From Mobula hypostoma (lineage: Eukaryota): DNA of 64,000 bases. Shown in pieces: positions 24,547-36,863 of the stretch. The DNA lies in NCBI RefSeq assembly GCF_963921235.1, contig NC_086097.1, positions 84,942,001 to 85,006,000 on the forward strand, read 5' to 3'. The position numbers and the translations under genes are program-made. The stretch's first letter is position 1. Each line of letters begins with the position of its first letter. Under the pieces are notes generated by a model. It saw only the letters and a program-made list of their open reading frames with translations, ran no database searches and was not told the origin of the DNA.

Positions 24547-26475
24547 ACTCTATGACTCTATTACTAATCTAAAAAATAGAGACACAGTCAAAGACGTTTT
24601 GCACTCATCTGAGGTGGATAACTCTGTAATCTAAAGCTGACTGGTTGCTTGTTCAGTAAAAAGGAAAGGATGATTTGTTCAGCCTTTTGTGGAAATCTGA
24701 AAACAGTTACAGTTTTGGTGTGAGTTAAGAAACTGCAGGGAGTCTTACTGATGAGCGTAGGATATTTGACAGTCAAACCCTGCACTCATGTGGTTGTGTG
24801 GGGAGCCAGGATTTTGGAAAGAACCCATAGGGACAGTGGAGAGTTGAATCCCTAGAAGTATTCATTACAAATATTTGTTAGCAGGTCCAGACTGTGGATG
24901 CGGTGGGGGCGGGGGGTGGGGGTGGGGGGAGGTGCAGTCAATCAATTTTAGTTATTTACCAGAGCTTGTCCCAAGTAATGGTGAAGTCTCTTTTATTGAA
25001 AGAAGCTGGTGAAACCCTAACTAACTGTGAGATGAGCATCATGTGAATCTTGGATACTGATGTGTCATTCTAACCTGAATTGACAGGGTGCATGAAGATG
25101 GCCTGGAAGTCATGCTGCCATATGTTGCCTCAGTTGTCCCCCTGGCAAATAATGTCAGCTCCCAAATTTGAAGTCAGCGGATAGACAGGTGCATGTATAT
25201 GCTTCGAACCACAGGGGTGGCATTCACCTTTCAGCAAAGAGAAAAGTGATTTTTCGTTCAGATACTTATGTGTAATATTGCAGAATTTTTGCATATGCTG
25301 ACTGTTGAGTGTTGGCTAATGCCTTGTGGCTTTCCACGGCAAGAGTGTTAAAACCAGGAGTACACATTACTAGGTCCAGAATAGTACTGTGAGTAATACT
25401 GGTTACCCTTTAAAATCAGACCCAAGGACTCCCATACGAAGAACGTACTAAATGGACACTAATAGGGTGCTTATGTAGATGGGCCACTTTGTAAATCCAT
25501 AGTTTTTATCTTTAAAGACAGCAAGGCTCATAAGCCCTGCCACAGATGACTGTTTTTCCTGTTCCTATACCGCCTCTGCAGATTGCGATCTTTTCCGATG
25601 ATCTCCCCCAACCAATGATATTTGGAGCTTTTGAGAATGAGGCTGATCTCCTTATAATCGAAAATAATAATAATAGAGAAATAATAAACAAGTTGGAGCC
25701 AAACAGTGACAATATAGCAAATATGCATAGGTGGAAAGTGGTGATAAGCTGATTGGAGACTGATGCCAGAAGTCTCTCCAACACCACTTTCAGTGAAAGG
25801 CAGTGACAGAACAGATTGATTCCTGCTCCATGTCTATCTATGGCTTATTTCACCCTTTTTCTTGTTTTAATTCCATATGTGCTTCAGTAACTCAGTATAT
25901 TGTCCCTCATCCTCTGAAACAGCGTTCAGTTATCTGGTCTTGCTAGTTGTGGACCAACACTTAAAAAAATACTTGGGTAGCTTTTGGTATAAAAAAAGTA
26001 ATTCTCTTCTTGTCACTTGTGTTCACAACAAGCACTCCCGGTGCATGATAAGCCATCCTTTTAGAAGGAATTCTGTTTTATCATGTGTTCATGATAAAGC
26101 AGTGCTTAAAACCTGTACACTTTAGTGATATAAACACAGGAGGTTCTGCAGAATCCCGTTCATAGACATTGCCTGACCTGGCTGAGTTTGTCCCACGTTT
26201 TGTGTGCGTTACTCAATAGTATAAGCTCACAGTCAAGTTATTTTATGATTCAAAGTTATTAGTTTGGAAAATGGATGACATTTCATTCTGTGTGTTATTT
26301 GGAAATACCTTGCTAAGGGAAACTGGTGTTACACAGTGTTAGCTCAGCACTCTGAAGTGATGCCTGATTTGCCTTTTGAGTCAGTGAACAACCATTAGAA
26401 ATTTTTGAATAATTTTAAATAAGTTGGGTGCAGACAAAGTCACTGGGATTCAAAGCTGAATGCTTTCTATAGAAA

Positions 26476-26610
26476 TGCAAACACGAGAAAATCTGCAGAT
26501 GCTGGAAATTCAAGCAATACACACAAAATGCTGGTAGAACACAGCAGGCCAGGCAGCATCTATAGGAAGAGGTACAGTCGACGTTTCGGGCTGAGACCCT
26601 TCGTCAGAAC
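26476..26610 (-). mobile_element. Penelope-like terminal repeat
   Basis: Near-identical to the 10277 insertion and to the reverse complement of 12909-13008. Confidence 0.85.
26575..26610 (-). ncRNA. Minimal hammerhead ribozyme motif with intact core
   Basis: Minus strand GTT-CTGACGA-A-GGGTCTCAGCCC-GAAA-CGTC-GACTG. Confidence 0.7.
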
Positions 26611-26739
26611 CCTATAGAGTTTTCTATAGAGTTCTTTACATTTAGATAGGTATATCTTTTTTTCAAAGAAACAATATTCTTGTGAGATGTTCTGCTCTGA
26701 ATTATTCTCATGTTCGTCTGGAATCTGAATATTGCTGGT

Positions 26740-27240
26740 GAGGAGTTTTGTCCCTACTTAATTCCCTTGAGAACATGGTGTGAGTCATTTTTTTAGCTGC
26801 TGTAGTTTTTCTGGTGAGGGCACCTCCAAAATGCTATTGGGTTAACGGGTTCCATGATTTAGTCCTAGTGTCAATGGAAGAATTGTTACATACTTTTGAG
26901 GAAAAATGGTGCATGCGTTGGAGGGGAACCTGGATGTAGTATCAGCTGCCCTCGTCTTTCTTGATGGCTTCGGGAGGTGCTGGTGGATCAGCTTGGGTGA
27001 GAACTACTTGGGATTTTGCAGATGGTACACACTACAGCCATTATGCACCGGTGGTGGAAAGAATGAATGTTGAGGGTAGTATGTAGGGTGCCATTTTGTA
27101 CTGGATGGTGAAGAGCTGCTTGAACATTGTTGTAGCAACACTCATTCCGACAGATGGGGAATATTCCATCAACCTCAAGTGTTGGAAGAAACTTTCGGTA
27201 TCGGGAGTTGACTTTCTGCCCAGGATACCAGCCTTTCCTT
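26740..27240 (-). mobile_element. Old CR1/L2-group LINE 3' fragment
   Basis: MEYSPSVGMSVATTMFK-like translation; inverted similarity to 48490-48900. Confidence 0.55.
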
Positions 27241-27248
27241 TCCCGCAG

Positions 27249-27533
27249 TTCATTCGCTATGTGCTGTGTCGGATGACATCGTCATTATGTGGCATGTCAT
27301 ATGATGTTGGGCGATCATGGTCTTTCCATGACCATGATTGTTCTAGGTAAATTTTTCTACAGAAGTGGTTTGCCATTGCCTTCTTCTAGGCAGTGTCTTT
27401 AAAAGACGGGTGATCCCAGCCATTATCAATACTCTTAAGAGATTGGCTGCCTGGCGTCAGTGGTCGCATAACCAGTACTTGTGATATGCACCAGCTGCTC
27501 GTACGACCATCCACCACCTGCTCCCATGGCTTC
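27249..27533 (-). mobile_element. SINE with RTE-related tail
   Basis: Minus strand GAAGAAGGCAATGGCAAACCACTTCTG (Bov-A/Sauria-SINE-like motif) and tail GATCGCC...GCCACATAATGACGA. Confidence 0.65.
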
Positions 27534-27959
27534 CTCTGCAGCTATGGCGTCTGTGATTTAGGCCACTTGAGTTTCCGACAAGTTGTCCAGAGGACAGAGA
27601 CAGATGACATTAGTGTGGAAAGCCTCCCATCTGTACCTATGACTGTCAAGTAATTAATTGTTTACTGTCTGTATCCAGGCAGCCACGAGTCAGGGATTCA
27701 GTTGGAAAGAATGAGCCAGCTAGATGGAATAGTCATACGATTGGACAGGCAGGTGAGAGATGCTGAAGCAAAATATTCTGTAGTACAGACACTTTTGTAA
27801 CCTCAAATGATATAGGGAGTACAAGTTTTATTTTATTTTGTTATCGGCTTATACATCTCTTTAGTACCATCCATGAGTAGAACATATTTGCTAATGAAAT
27901 TATGGAATGTTTAATCAATCAAGCTACACTATTATTATACCGTTCATATATTCAGCAAT

Positions 27960-28400
27960 ACTATATATTCACTCTGTTATAGGAAGGCTGTAAGTCAACT
28001 GGAAAGAGTGCAAGAAAGATTAAGGAGGATGTTGCCAGGACTCAAGGAACTTATGAGAAAGCTCAACAGACTGGGCCTTTAGTTGGAGCATAGGAAGTTG
28101 AGTTGTGATCTCATAGAGATAGGCCTTTTTCTCGGGAATGGGGAGCCAAAAACTAGAGGACTTAGTTTTAAGGTTAGCGGTAAAAGGTTTAACCTTGGGG
28201 GACAGTTTTCGGTAGATATATGGAACCAGCTGCCAGAGGAAATAGTTGAGGCAGGTACATTAGATACATTTAAGATGTGGACAGCTGTATGGATGGGAAG
28301 AGTTTGGAGGCAAATGGGATGAGCTGAACATACATCTAGGTCAGCATGGACAAGTGCAGGCTGAAGAATATTTTTCCATGCTGTTCAACTCTGTGATTGT
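27960..28400 (+). mobile_element. Degenerate CR1 LINE 3' fragment
   Basis: TRGLSFKVSGKRF...IWNQLPEEIVEAGTL.TFK. Confidence 0.8.
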
Positions 28401-28804
28401 ATAGCAGTATATTTGAAGCCTAAAGAACGTACTGCTAGTTTATAAGTTCATCATTTGCTGTTGTATTCTTTTTGCATTTCATATGTCACAGTTAAAAGCC
28501 TAAATACTGAATCTGTACGGTCGATCAATATAATCACAAACAGCTCAATGACTGTAGGTCCTTTTCCCATCTTTCTCACTAATTTTGCAACCTTTTGAAC
28601 CACAGCCCATTCAGTACTTTAATCTGAATGAGAACAGAGAGCAATGAATAACCATCATAAATTTGTTTAAAAGTGATTAGATTAAAAAATGTATTGCTGT
28701 CCTTAGCTGCAATTTATCAATGGCTTAATTATATTCAGTGTGGAAAGCATGCAGTGGGAAAAATGGATAATTGGGGATTTGTTATGTTGCAACACAATGG
28801 CACA

Positions 28805-29190
28805 CACTCTGCCATCTGATTTCTGAATGGACACTGAACCCATGAGCTCTATCTTACTACTTTAAAAAACTATTTTTGCATTACTTTTTAAATTTATCTA
28901 TTTAATATAAATATACTTGCTGTAATTCAAGTTTTTTCCTCTATTATATGATAGGGTCTTTTAAGAGACAGCAGGACAGGTACATGGAGCTTAGAAAAAT
29001 AGAGGGCTATGGGTAACCCTCGGTAATTTCTAAGGTAAGGAGACGTTCGACACAGCTTTGTGGGCCTAAGGGCCTGTATTGTGCTGTATGTTTTCTATGT
29101 TTCTATTATTATGTATTGCATTGTACTGCTGCCACAAAGACAATAAATTTCACAGCATATGCCAGTGACATTAATCCTGATTCTGATTCT
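28805..29190 (+). mobile_element. Rex/Babar 3' end with nested CR1 tail (~28949-29105)
   Basis: CTCTGCCATCTGATTTCTGAATGGACACTGA...CCTGATTCTGATTCTGA; insert flanked by TCTATTAT. Confidence 0.75.
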
Positions 29191-29514
29191 GAGGGAAGAT
29201 AACATATAATCCTAATTGAATAGTTTTCCCATGGCATATTCTCTCTGCTCAGTACTGATACCTATTTAAAGTTTTGGAGTCTGGTTAACAGGCAAGGAGT
29301 TTTCTTTAAACTTTCCACATGGAAAGAGGATATCTGAATGGCATTCCGATACATGTGTCTTCCGATTGAACTTCACTTTATCAGGCATTGTGGTAACCAT
29401 ATTCCTAGCTCATGAATGCATTTCCCTGTAACTCTGGGAGTGAGAATATTCTCCTTCTATGGTTGAACATTGCCTCTGTTTCCACTGACTCGTTTCACTG
29501 GTCCATTTGCACTA

Positions 29515-29740
29515 ATTCAAAGATTCAGTGTACACTTATTACCAAAGTATCTATGCAATATACAACCCTGAGAGTCATCTTCCCACAGGCAGCCATGAAG
29601 CAAAGAAATAACATGGAGTCCATTCAAAGAAAACATCAAACACTTAACTGCAAAAAAAAGAACAAATCGTGCAAACGGCAAAAAAATCGAGCGAAAAACA
29701 CCGAACATCAGACAACAAAGTCACTGAAGCAGTCTGGGAA
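29515..29740 (-). mobile_element. Rex-type non-autonomous tail fragment
   Basis: ATTCAAAGATTCA tail; similar to 2336 and 4130. Confidence 0.5.
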
Positions 29741-30921
29741 TGTTCAGTTTAGTCAGTTCGGTTCTGCTGCAGTTGCTTTCCACATCTGGTTGGCTGCACT
29801 CAGTGCATGTCCTGCACTGGCTTTGTTTCTCATCCCTCACTGTCATCTCGCAGTGTTTTCCAAGGGGCTATCTTTGGCCCAGTTTTCTTCCTAAATTACA
29901 TGCTGTCTTTCAAGAACATTGCCCACAAGACATGTCCAAGCTTCCATTGATGTTCTGACTGCGCCCAGCTCCATTTTTCGAATACTCCCTCATACCTACA
30001 ACTAGCTCTGTGCTGGTATTGGCCCTTCCATGAGCCCTAGAAATTTCAGATTTCAGACCTTACCAAAAACACTGCTCCAACACTGAACCTATACTGCAAC
30101 CTGACCACAGTAAAGATGATCATTGAAATTTTCTCTCAATCTATGGCAAGGTTTCAAAGACCGCCTATTACCTGCACTGCCAAATTGACCATGTCTGACC
30201 TTTGATCTTGCAGAATTGTCCAAGCTCTCTCTCCCAACCCTTGGCACCTCTAGTTTCATTGGTGGAGAAACTTGTCCTTTGACACTTATACAAGTGCACT
30301 CGCAAATATCAGTCTTCACTTGCACACTACATTGTGTGTTCGATTTCATTAGCTTGGTAGAGTCATTGAGTCACACAGTACAGAACAGGTCCTTTAGATC
30401 TTCAGGCCCTAATCTACACTAATCTGATTTATCAGCATTTCTGAGGCCTGGCGATTCAAAAGCTCATGTAGATACTTTTTAAATGTTGTGAGAGTATCTC
30501 TATCTACCACCCCTCAGGCAGCAATCCTGCCTTCAGCCATACTCCAGCTGAAAGAATTCTTCCACAGGTCCCCCATATTATAATTGGTGGGGAAGATCCA
30601 TTGTTCATGTTGGTTTCTGTGGCTGTTGTAATGATGATCCTCTTGCTCCTTTCCACGATATCTTTAATCAATTCCCACTGATAATGAAGAGGAAGTTCTG
30701 CATTCTCTGTGAGATGCACCACAAGCTGTGTTGACTAAAACGAAGCGACAGCTCAGTGGTGATAGGCAATGCAATGACATTTTGTGGGTTTACATTGGTC
30801 TACAAAGTAAGGTTCTGATACTCATGTTGCCTGTGATCCCTTCCTGTCCGATGCGTTGGAGCAAGAAAGCCAGAACAGTAGCATTCCCAGTTCTCTCTGA
30901 TTGAAGCAACAGACACAACAT

Positions 30922-31559
30922 CAGCCATCCCACCTCTCCTGGAAGTTCCGGGAGTCTCCCGCATATTGATAGCAGCTCCCTGATACCCGGAAATTATATA
31001 CAATATCCCGGAAATCGATTTTTGGGAGAGGGAGAGGGAGAGCGAGCATCCTGATTGGTCTCTCTTCGTGCTAACTAGACCTATCAGGTTTCCCTGTGGG
31101 CAGGCTTTACAGTCGACCTCAAAAATAATGACAGTGTTGCTCGCTACACTGTTTGCAACAGCGACTTTTCTATTGTCCATGGTGGGTTAAAATGAAAAAG
31201 ACATGTTGAGGTGAGTTTAACAGGTGTCATTCGTTCATTAGCGTAGCTAACGTTATTTAAACTAGCTGGATGGCTGCTAAGGAGCTACGCTATTGATGTC
31301 CTACATGATGAGGCCAAACTCCCTGTAGACCTCCTTAAAGTTGTAATAGAATAAACATGATAATATAATATAAGTACATATTTTAATGTCACATTTTCTG
31401 CATATACCCAACTTGGTCCACAGATTAGACAAAATCACTAAACAAAGTATTAAATACACCCTTGGAGGTGGACCCGGGGGGGGTGGGGTAATGATATGGG
31501 GTTGCAGGGGGCGGTGGTGCTACCTCCCTGAAATGAGTTTTTGCAGGGTGGGATGTCTG
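30922..31559 (+). mobile_element. Non-autonomous hAT-like DNA transposon with 6-bp TSD
   Basis: TIRs CAGCCATCCCACC / GGTGGGATGTCTG (12 of 13 match); CAACAT at 30916-30921 and 31560-31565; remnant ARYTVCNSDFSIVHGGLK*KRHVE followed by GTGAGT. Confidence 0.8.
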
Positions 31560-31574
31560 CAACATAGTGAAGCA

Positions 31575-32060
31575 AAACAATGGGTCAAACAGCATCAAAG
31601 GAGGGAATTGGACAGTCGATGTTTCCGGTCATGATCCTTCATCGGGACTGAAGGTTAGAGATGAGATAGAGATGTAAGAGACAGATGGAGCAAGAGCTGA
31701 CAGATTCTAGGGGGATCTAGGTGAGAGGGCAGGATGATAGGCAGATGAGTGAAGGGAGGATGAGAGTTGCCCCAGGAGCTGGAAGGTGGAAGTGACAATG
31801 TGCCGGAGTTGATGGAATCTGATAGGAGAGGAAGCTGGGGCGTGGAATAAAGGGAGAGAGGTGGGGATGGCAGAGTGGGTAGGGGGATAACAGCCTGTGC
31901 GAAGAGTGGTCATGGGTAGATAGAGAGGCTGGAAATGAGGAAAGAGACAGTGACGGGGGATAGGTGGTTCAGAGGTGAGGAAAATGGGACAGAAGGGAAG
32001 CAGTGACTGGAATCCAGGTAAGAGGTGGAGTTGATAGGCAGAATGGAAAGTGGAAATAGA
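31575..32060 (-). mobile_element. Degenerate Penelope-like 3'UTR/terminal repeat
   Basis: ACAGTCGATGTTTC...CCTTCATCGGGACTG followed by a purine-rich tract. Confidence 0.6.
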
Positions 32061-32374
32061 GCCACTTCAATAAAACGATCTGCGTTATTCTTTTGTGAAT
32101 GATGATGATTTTAAGGCCACAGAGTCAATATTATTTCTACTCAGTGTTTTTTTATTCTAAGGATAGCATGGATCCTGACCTCAGCTGCCATCGTTGTAGA
32201 GCTTGCACTTTTACACTCTGACCATGTGGTTCTCCACAGTTGCTCTGGTGTCCTCTAACATCCCAGGGACAGGCTTATCGGCTACTTTAGAATTTCCCCT
32301 GGTGTAGGTAAGCAGCTGGTGGTTATCTGCTGGTGCAAAGGAGTTTCTGGTGTACTGTGATGAGCTCCAGTGTG

Positions 32375-32930
32375 AGTCATAGAGCAGAGCAGAAACAGGC
32401 CATTCAGCCCATCTAATTTATTCCAGCCTGGTCTTCTATTTAGTCCCATCTACCTGCACCCAGACCAGAGCCTTCCATAATCTCTCTTCTATGTCCCTAT
32501 CCAAGCTTGTCTTAAATGTTGCAATTGAACCTGCCTCTATCACTTATACTGGAAGCCTGTTTCACACTCACACCACCCTCTAAATGAAGTAGTCCCCTTT
32601 AAATATTTCACCTTTCACCCCAAGCCTATGACCTCTCGTTCCAGTCTCACCCAACATGAGGGGTTAAAACCTTCATGCATTCTCTCTATCTACATCCCTC
32701 ATAATTTTGTATACCTCTAGAAAAGCTCTCTTTATCCTCCTGTGCTCCAGGGAATAAACTTCTAACCTATTCAACTTTTCCCTATAACTCAGACCCTCAA
32801 GTGCTGACAAAATCCTTTGTAAATTTTCCCTGCACTCTTCCAAGCTAAGTGGTACCTTTCCTGTAGGTAGGTGACCAGAAGTGCACACAATACTCCAATT
32901 TCTGCCTCACCAATGCCTTATACAATTATG
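32375..32930 (-). mobile_element. CR1 LINE 3' fragment
   Basis: LEGLSYREKLNRL.VYSLEHRR....EVYKIMR.VDR. Confidence 0.85.
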
Positions 32931-33439
32931 ACTCAAAATACAGGCAGTCCTCTGCTCCCACAGATGCTGTTTGAGCCCCTGAGTTGCTCCAGGAGTTTGT
33001 TTTTTGCAGGTCATTGTAGAGGGTGGATAAGAACCATCCTTATTGGCGAGTCTGGAGTCACACATTGCCCGGACCAGGTACTGACAGTCAGATCCCTTGC
33101 ACTTCAAGGTATTTGTCAACTAAATGGGTATTAGTGATGGCCAGGCCACTTCATGGTCACCATCAACGGCACCAGGTTTTTATTTTCAGATTCATTCAAT
33201 CCACTGAATTTAGATTTTTGGACTTCCACAATGAGACTTAAATTCCTCTCTTGGCCTCACTGGTTCCCGTGTTGGGATAACCAGTCCAGTGATGTATTAC
33301 AAGGTCCTTCAAAGGACCGCTGTAAGTACTCCAGGATTCTGAGGTCCGGTAAAACATACTGTAAAAATGAGCCACTACCTTGACAATCAATCTCAACCTT
33401 CCGGAGCACTTTTCCTATTTCTTGCACCATTCTAGGTGA

Positions 33440-33690
33440 GTCAAAGTCAAGTTTATCGTCGATCTGCATAAGCACATGTATGCACAGGTGCAAGGAAAAA
33501 CTTACTTGTCTCAGCATCCCACGCACATAGCATCATATAAGTAGCATTCATAAGGGAAATATAGATTAAACATAAATCAGCATAATTTGAGCAAGGAAGG
33601 ACACAATAAAAACAAGAAAAAGTGAAATTCCATTTTAGTACGACATTGTCAAAGTGGTCATAGTGCTGGCAAGCTGTAGTGATTAGGTTT
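33440..33690 (-). mobile_element. Rex-type 3' tail fragment
   Basis: GTCAAAGTCAAGTTTAT...; colinear with 3075-3300. Confidence 0.6.
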
Positions 33691-34029
33691 GTCAACTTTG
33701 ATGCAACTAGGAGACATCAATCAGCAAGCAAATAGATGTTACTAATATGATGTTCTCAGCACTGTGTAAGAGAACTGTAAAGTGATGGAAGTTAATTGCT
33801 ACATTCGACTTACCATATGGGCCGGAGAACAGACGAGAAGGGAAAACGGGGAGGGTTCACCACCGCCTCCCCACCTACGAATCAGCATCTACACGAAAAC
33901 CCATGAGGCTCTTCAGTCCTCAGCAGAAAAGGATACGGGTGCTGACATCCCATGTTGTCAGTTCTCGGCCAAACCTCAGAGAGGGAGGGGGCAGGGGAAC
34001 CAGTGAGTGGGGTAGTCAGAACAAATTTT

Positions 34030-34051
34030 TATATATATATATATATATATA
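34030..34051. repeat. (TA)n microsatellite
   Basis: Direct reading. Confidence 0.95.
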
Positions 34052-34156
34052 GAGATAGTTGAGATATCCACCTTCAGGCTCGGAATTGAATTGATTTCTC
34101 GTCGTTTCAAAAAAAATTCAATCATCTCCAAAAAAAAGCTAATTCTTTTCAATTCA

Positions 34157-35155
34157 GTGGTGTACCTCAGGGATCTGTTCTGAGACCCCTGCTCTTCGTG
34201 ATTTTTATAAATGACCAGGATGAAGAAGTGGAGGGATGGGCTAGTAAATTTGCTGATGACACAAAGGTTGGGGGTGTTGTGCATAGAGGGCTGTCAGAGG
34301 TTGCAACGGGGCATTGATAGGATGCAAAACTGGGCTGAGAAGTGACAGATGGAGTTCAACCCAGATAAGTGTGAGGTGGTTCATTTTGGAAGGTCAAATA
34401 TGATGGCGGAATATAGCATCAATGGTGAGACTCTTGGCAGGTGGAGGACCAGAGGGATCTTGGGGTCCGAGTCCATAGGATACTCAAAGCAGCTGCGCAG
34501 GTTGAATGTGGTTAAGAAAGCATACGGTGCATTGACCTTTATCAGTCATGGGACTGAGTTTAAGAGTTGAGAGGTAATGTTGCAGCTATATAGGACCCTG
34601 GTCAGACCCCACTTGGAGTATTGTGCTCAGTTCTGGTCGTCTCACTATAGGAAGGATGTGGAAACCATAGAAAGGGTGCAGCGGAGATTTAACAAGGATG
34701 TTGCCTGGATTGTGGGGTATGCCTTAAGAGTATATGTTGAGTGTACTTGGCCTTTTCTCCTTGGAGCGATGGAGGATGAGAGGTGACCTGACAGAGGTGT
34801 ATAAGATGATGAGAGGCATTGATTGTGTGGATAGTCAGAGGCTTTTCCCCAGGTCTGAAATAGCTAGCATGAGATGGCACAGTTTTAAGGTGCTTGGAAG
34901 TAAGTACAGAGGAGATGTCAGGTGTAAGTTTTTTACGCAGAGAGTGGTGAGTGTGTGGGTTGGGCTGCCGGTGACTGTGGTGGAGGCGGAAACGATAGGG
35001 TCTTGTAAGAGACTCCTGGACAGGTACATAAAGCTCAGAAGAATAGAGGACTGTGGGTAACCCTATGTAATATCTAAGGTAAGGACATGTTCCGCACAGC
35101 TTTGTGGACTGAAGGACCTGTATTGTGCTATAGGTTTTCTATGTTTTCTATGTTT
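34157..35155 (+). mobile_element. CR1 (HER1-like) LINE, ~1-kb 3' fragment from the RT core to the tail
   Basis: [67 protein letters not shown] tail; AATTCA flanks both ends. Confidence 0.93.
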
Positions 35156-35247
35156 AATTCAAAGCAGTGTTGCTACATATGCCCTTTTTAATATAAATAT
35201 AAGAAGACATGCAATTATACTATTTTGTATAAATAAAATCAATGCAA

Positions 35248-35520
35248 GTGACCACGGTAGCGTAGTGGTTAGCCCGATGCTGTTAAAGCTTGGGAGTTTG
35301 GAGTTCAGAGTTCAGTTCCGAGGTCGTCTGTGAGGAGTCCGTACGTCCTCTCTGTGGAATGTGTGGGTTCTCCCCCAGGCACTCTGGTTTCCTCTCACAG
35401 TACAAAGATGTCCTGGGTAGGTTAATTGGTCACTGTGAATTGTCCCAGAATTAGATTAGGGCTTTGGGGTTGATGGGTTGTTGCTGGGACAGTGCGGCTT
35501 TATCGCTTTAATTTAAAAAA
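35248..35520 (+). mobile_element. V-SINE (HE1-like)
   Basis: TAGCGTAGTGGTTAGC head, V-domain, GGTTAATTGGTCACTGTGAATTGTCC. Confidence 0.8.
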
Positions 35521-36074
35521 ATAACCTCCTCTGATAGTAATTACCTTGTTTAGCTTTTGATATTGACAGTGTAATTAAATAAATGACAAACTAAGATTTC
35601 TCTAGAGCGTTTGTATTAAAATGTTGGAAAACTCCGACCCGCCATAACTATACAAGAAATCGGATGCTGTCATCAGATTGCCACGAGGGAGTACACCAAT
35701 CCAAGGCCACACAAGGCAGAGGAGTACAGTACTAAATAGCAGGGTCACATGGTTATTCTTGAAAGCCTTTTAGTTGGTTGCTATAGGAGTCGTGTGTGTG
35801 GGTGTAAGTTAATGGAAGAACCAAAGGGCATTAAGAATACAAAATTGCATTGGGAATAAAATGTAGGGCTATCAAAATGAAATAACTGGAAGATTGTAAT
35901 CTGTTGAAAATTATGACAAGGACACAGTGGTATTTATCTGTTTATTACTGGCGGATCTCATTGAACTGCATATTGTTTGCTTGCATCATTCTGCTCAGAG
36001 CAGTGGACTTTATTGATAGACCATTGAGAACAGATTAAGTGTCTGCTCATCGATCAATCACTGACTAACAGCTT

Positions 36075-36530
36075 CATTACCATCCCTTCACTTATACAAG
36101 ATTTTGCTTCCTTTCAGGGTCATTACTGTATTGCTTGGACCTTAGCTATTCACAGTCTACTGTAGATCAACAATTTGATTAAGGGGACCAAATGTCACAT
36201 TTCCAAGTTTGCTGATGATACAAATCTTGAAGGGATTGTATGTAGGTAGGAGGGTGTAAAGTGGCTTCAAGGCAAGATGAGTGAGCGGATAACATGGGCA
36301 ATATTCACTTTGATGATTAAAACAGATAAACATGGCATTTTGTTTAATGATAACAGGGTATTTTTAAATGGACCTGCATGTCCTTGCACACAAGTCTCTG
36401 AAAACCTACACACAGCTACAACAAACAATTAAGAAGACAAATGATATTTCTCCCTCATTCAAACAAAAATGAGTACAGGAACATAGGTGGGTCCAGGAGT
36501 ATCGCTTACAGTTTAGGCCTCCTTATCTAA
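36075..36530 (+). mobile_element. Old CR1 RT fragment
   Basis: ATTTCCAAGTTTGCTGATGATACAAA (ISKFADDT). Confidence 0.65.
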
Positions 36531-36532
36531 AA

Positions 36533-36710
36533 AAGCAACACACACAAAATGCTGGAGGAGCTCAGAAGGCCGGGTAGCATCTATGGAAAAGAGTAAATAG
36601 TCGACATTTGTGGCTGAGACCCTGCTTCAGGACTGGAAGGGAAAGGAACGCGGTCAGAATATGAAGGTGGGGAGGAGGGGAGGAAGAAATACAAGGTGGC
36701 AGGTGATAGG
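36533..36710 (-). mobile_element. Penelope-like terminal repeat, degenerate hammerhead
   Basis: GCAACACACACAAAATGCTGGAGGAGCTCAG...GAGACCCTGCTTCAGGACTGG. Confidence 0.75.
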
Positions 36711-36863
36711 TCCTACTCTCTGTCCTAAGTGTTTTATATAGTTCTCAACTACTGGAAACTGTTTCATATTTCTAACCTTTTCCAGATATATTAAATCACA
36801 TTGTAATTAGTGATGTTCTAAAAATATGAATTAAAATTTTCTTTTGTTACTTTACTAACCCTT

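Noticed and set aside
24900..24933. G-rich tract as a functional G-quadruplex
   Set aside because: Simple low-complexity run with no supporting context
25512..25787. Overlapping short ORFs on both strands
   Set aside because: No recognisable domain or splice structure
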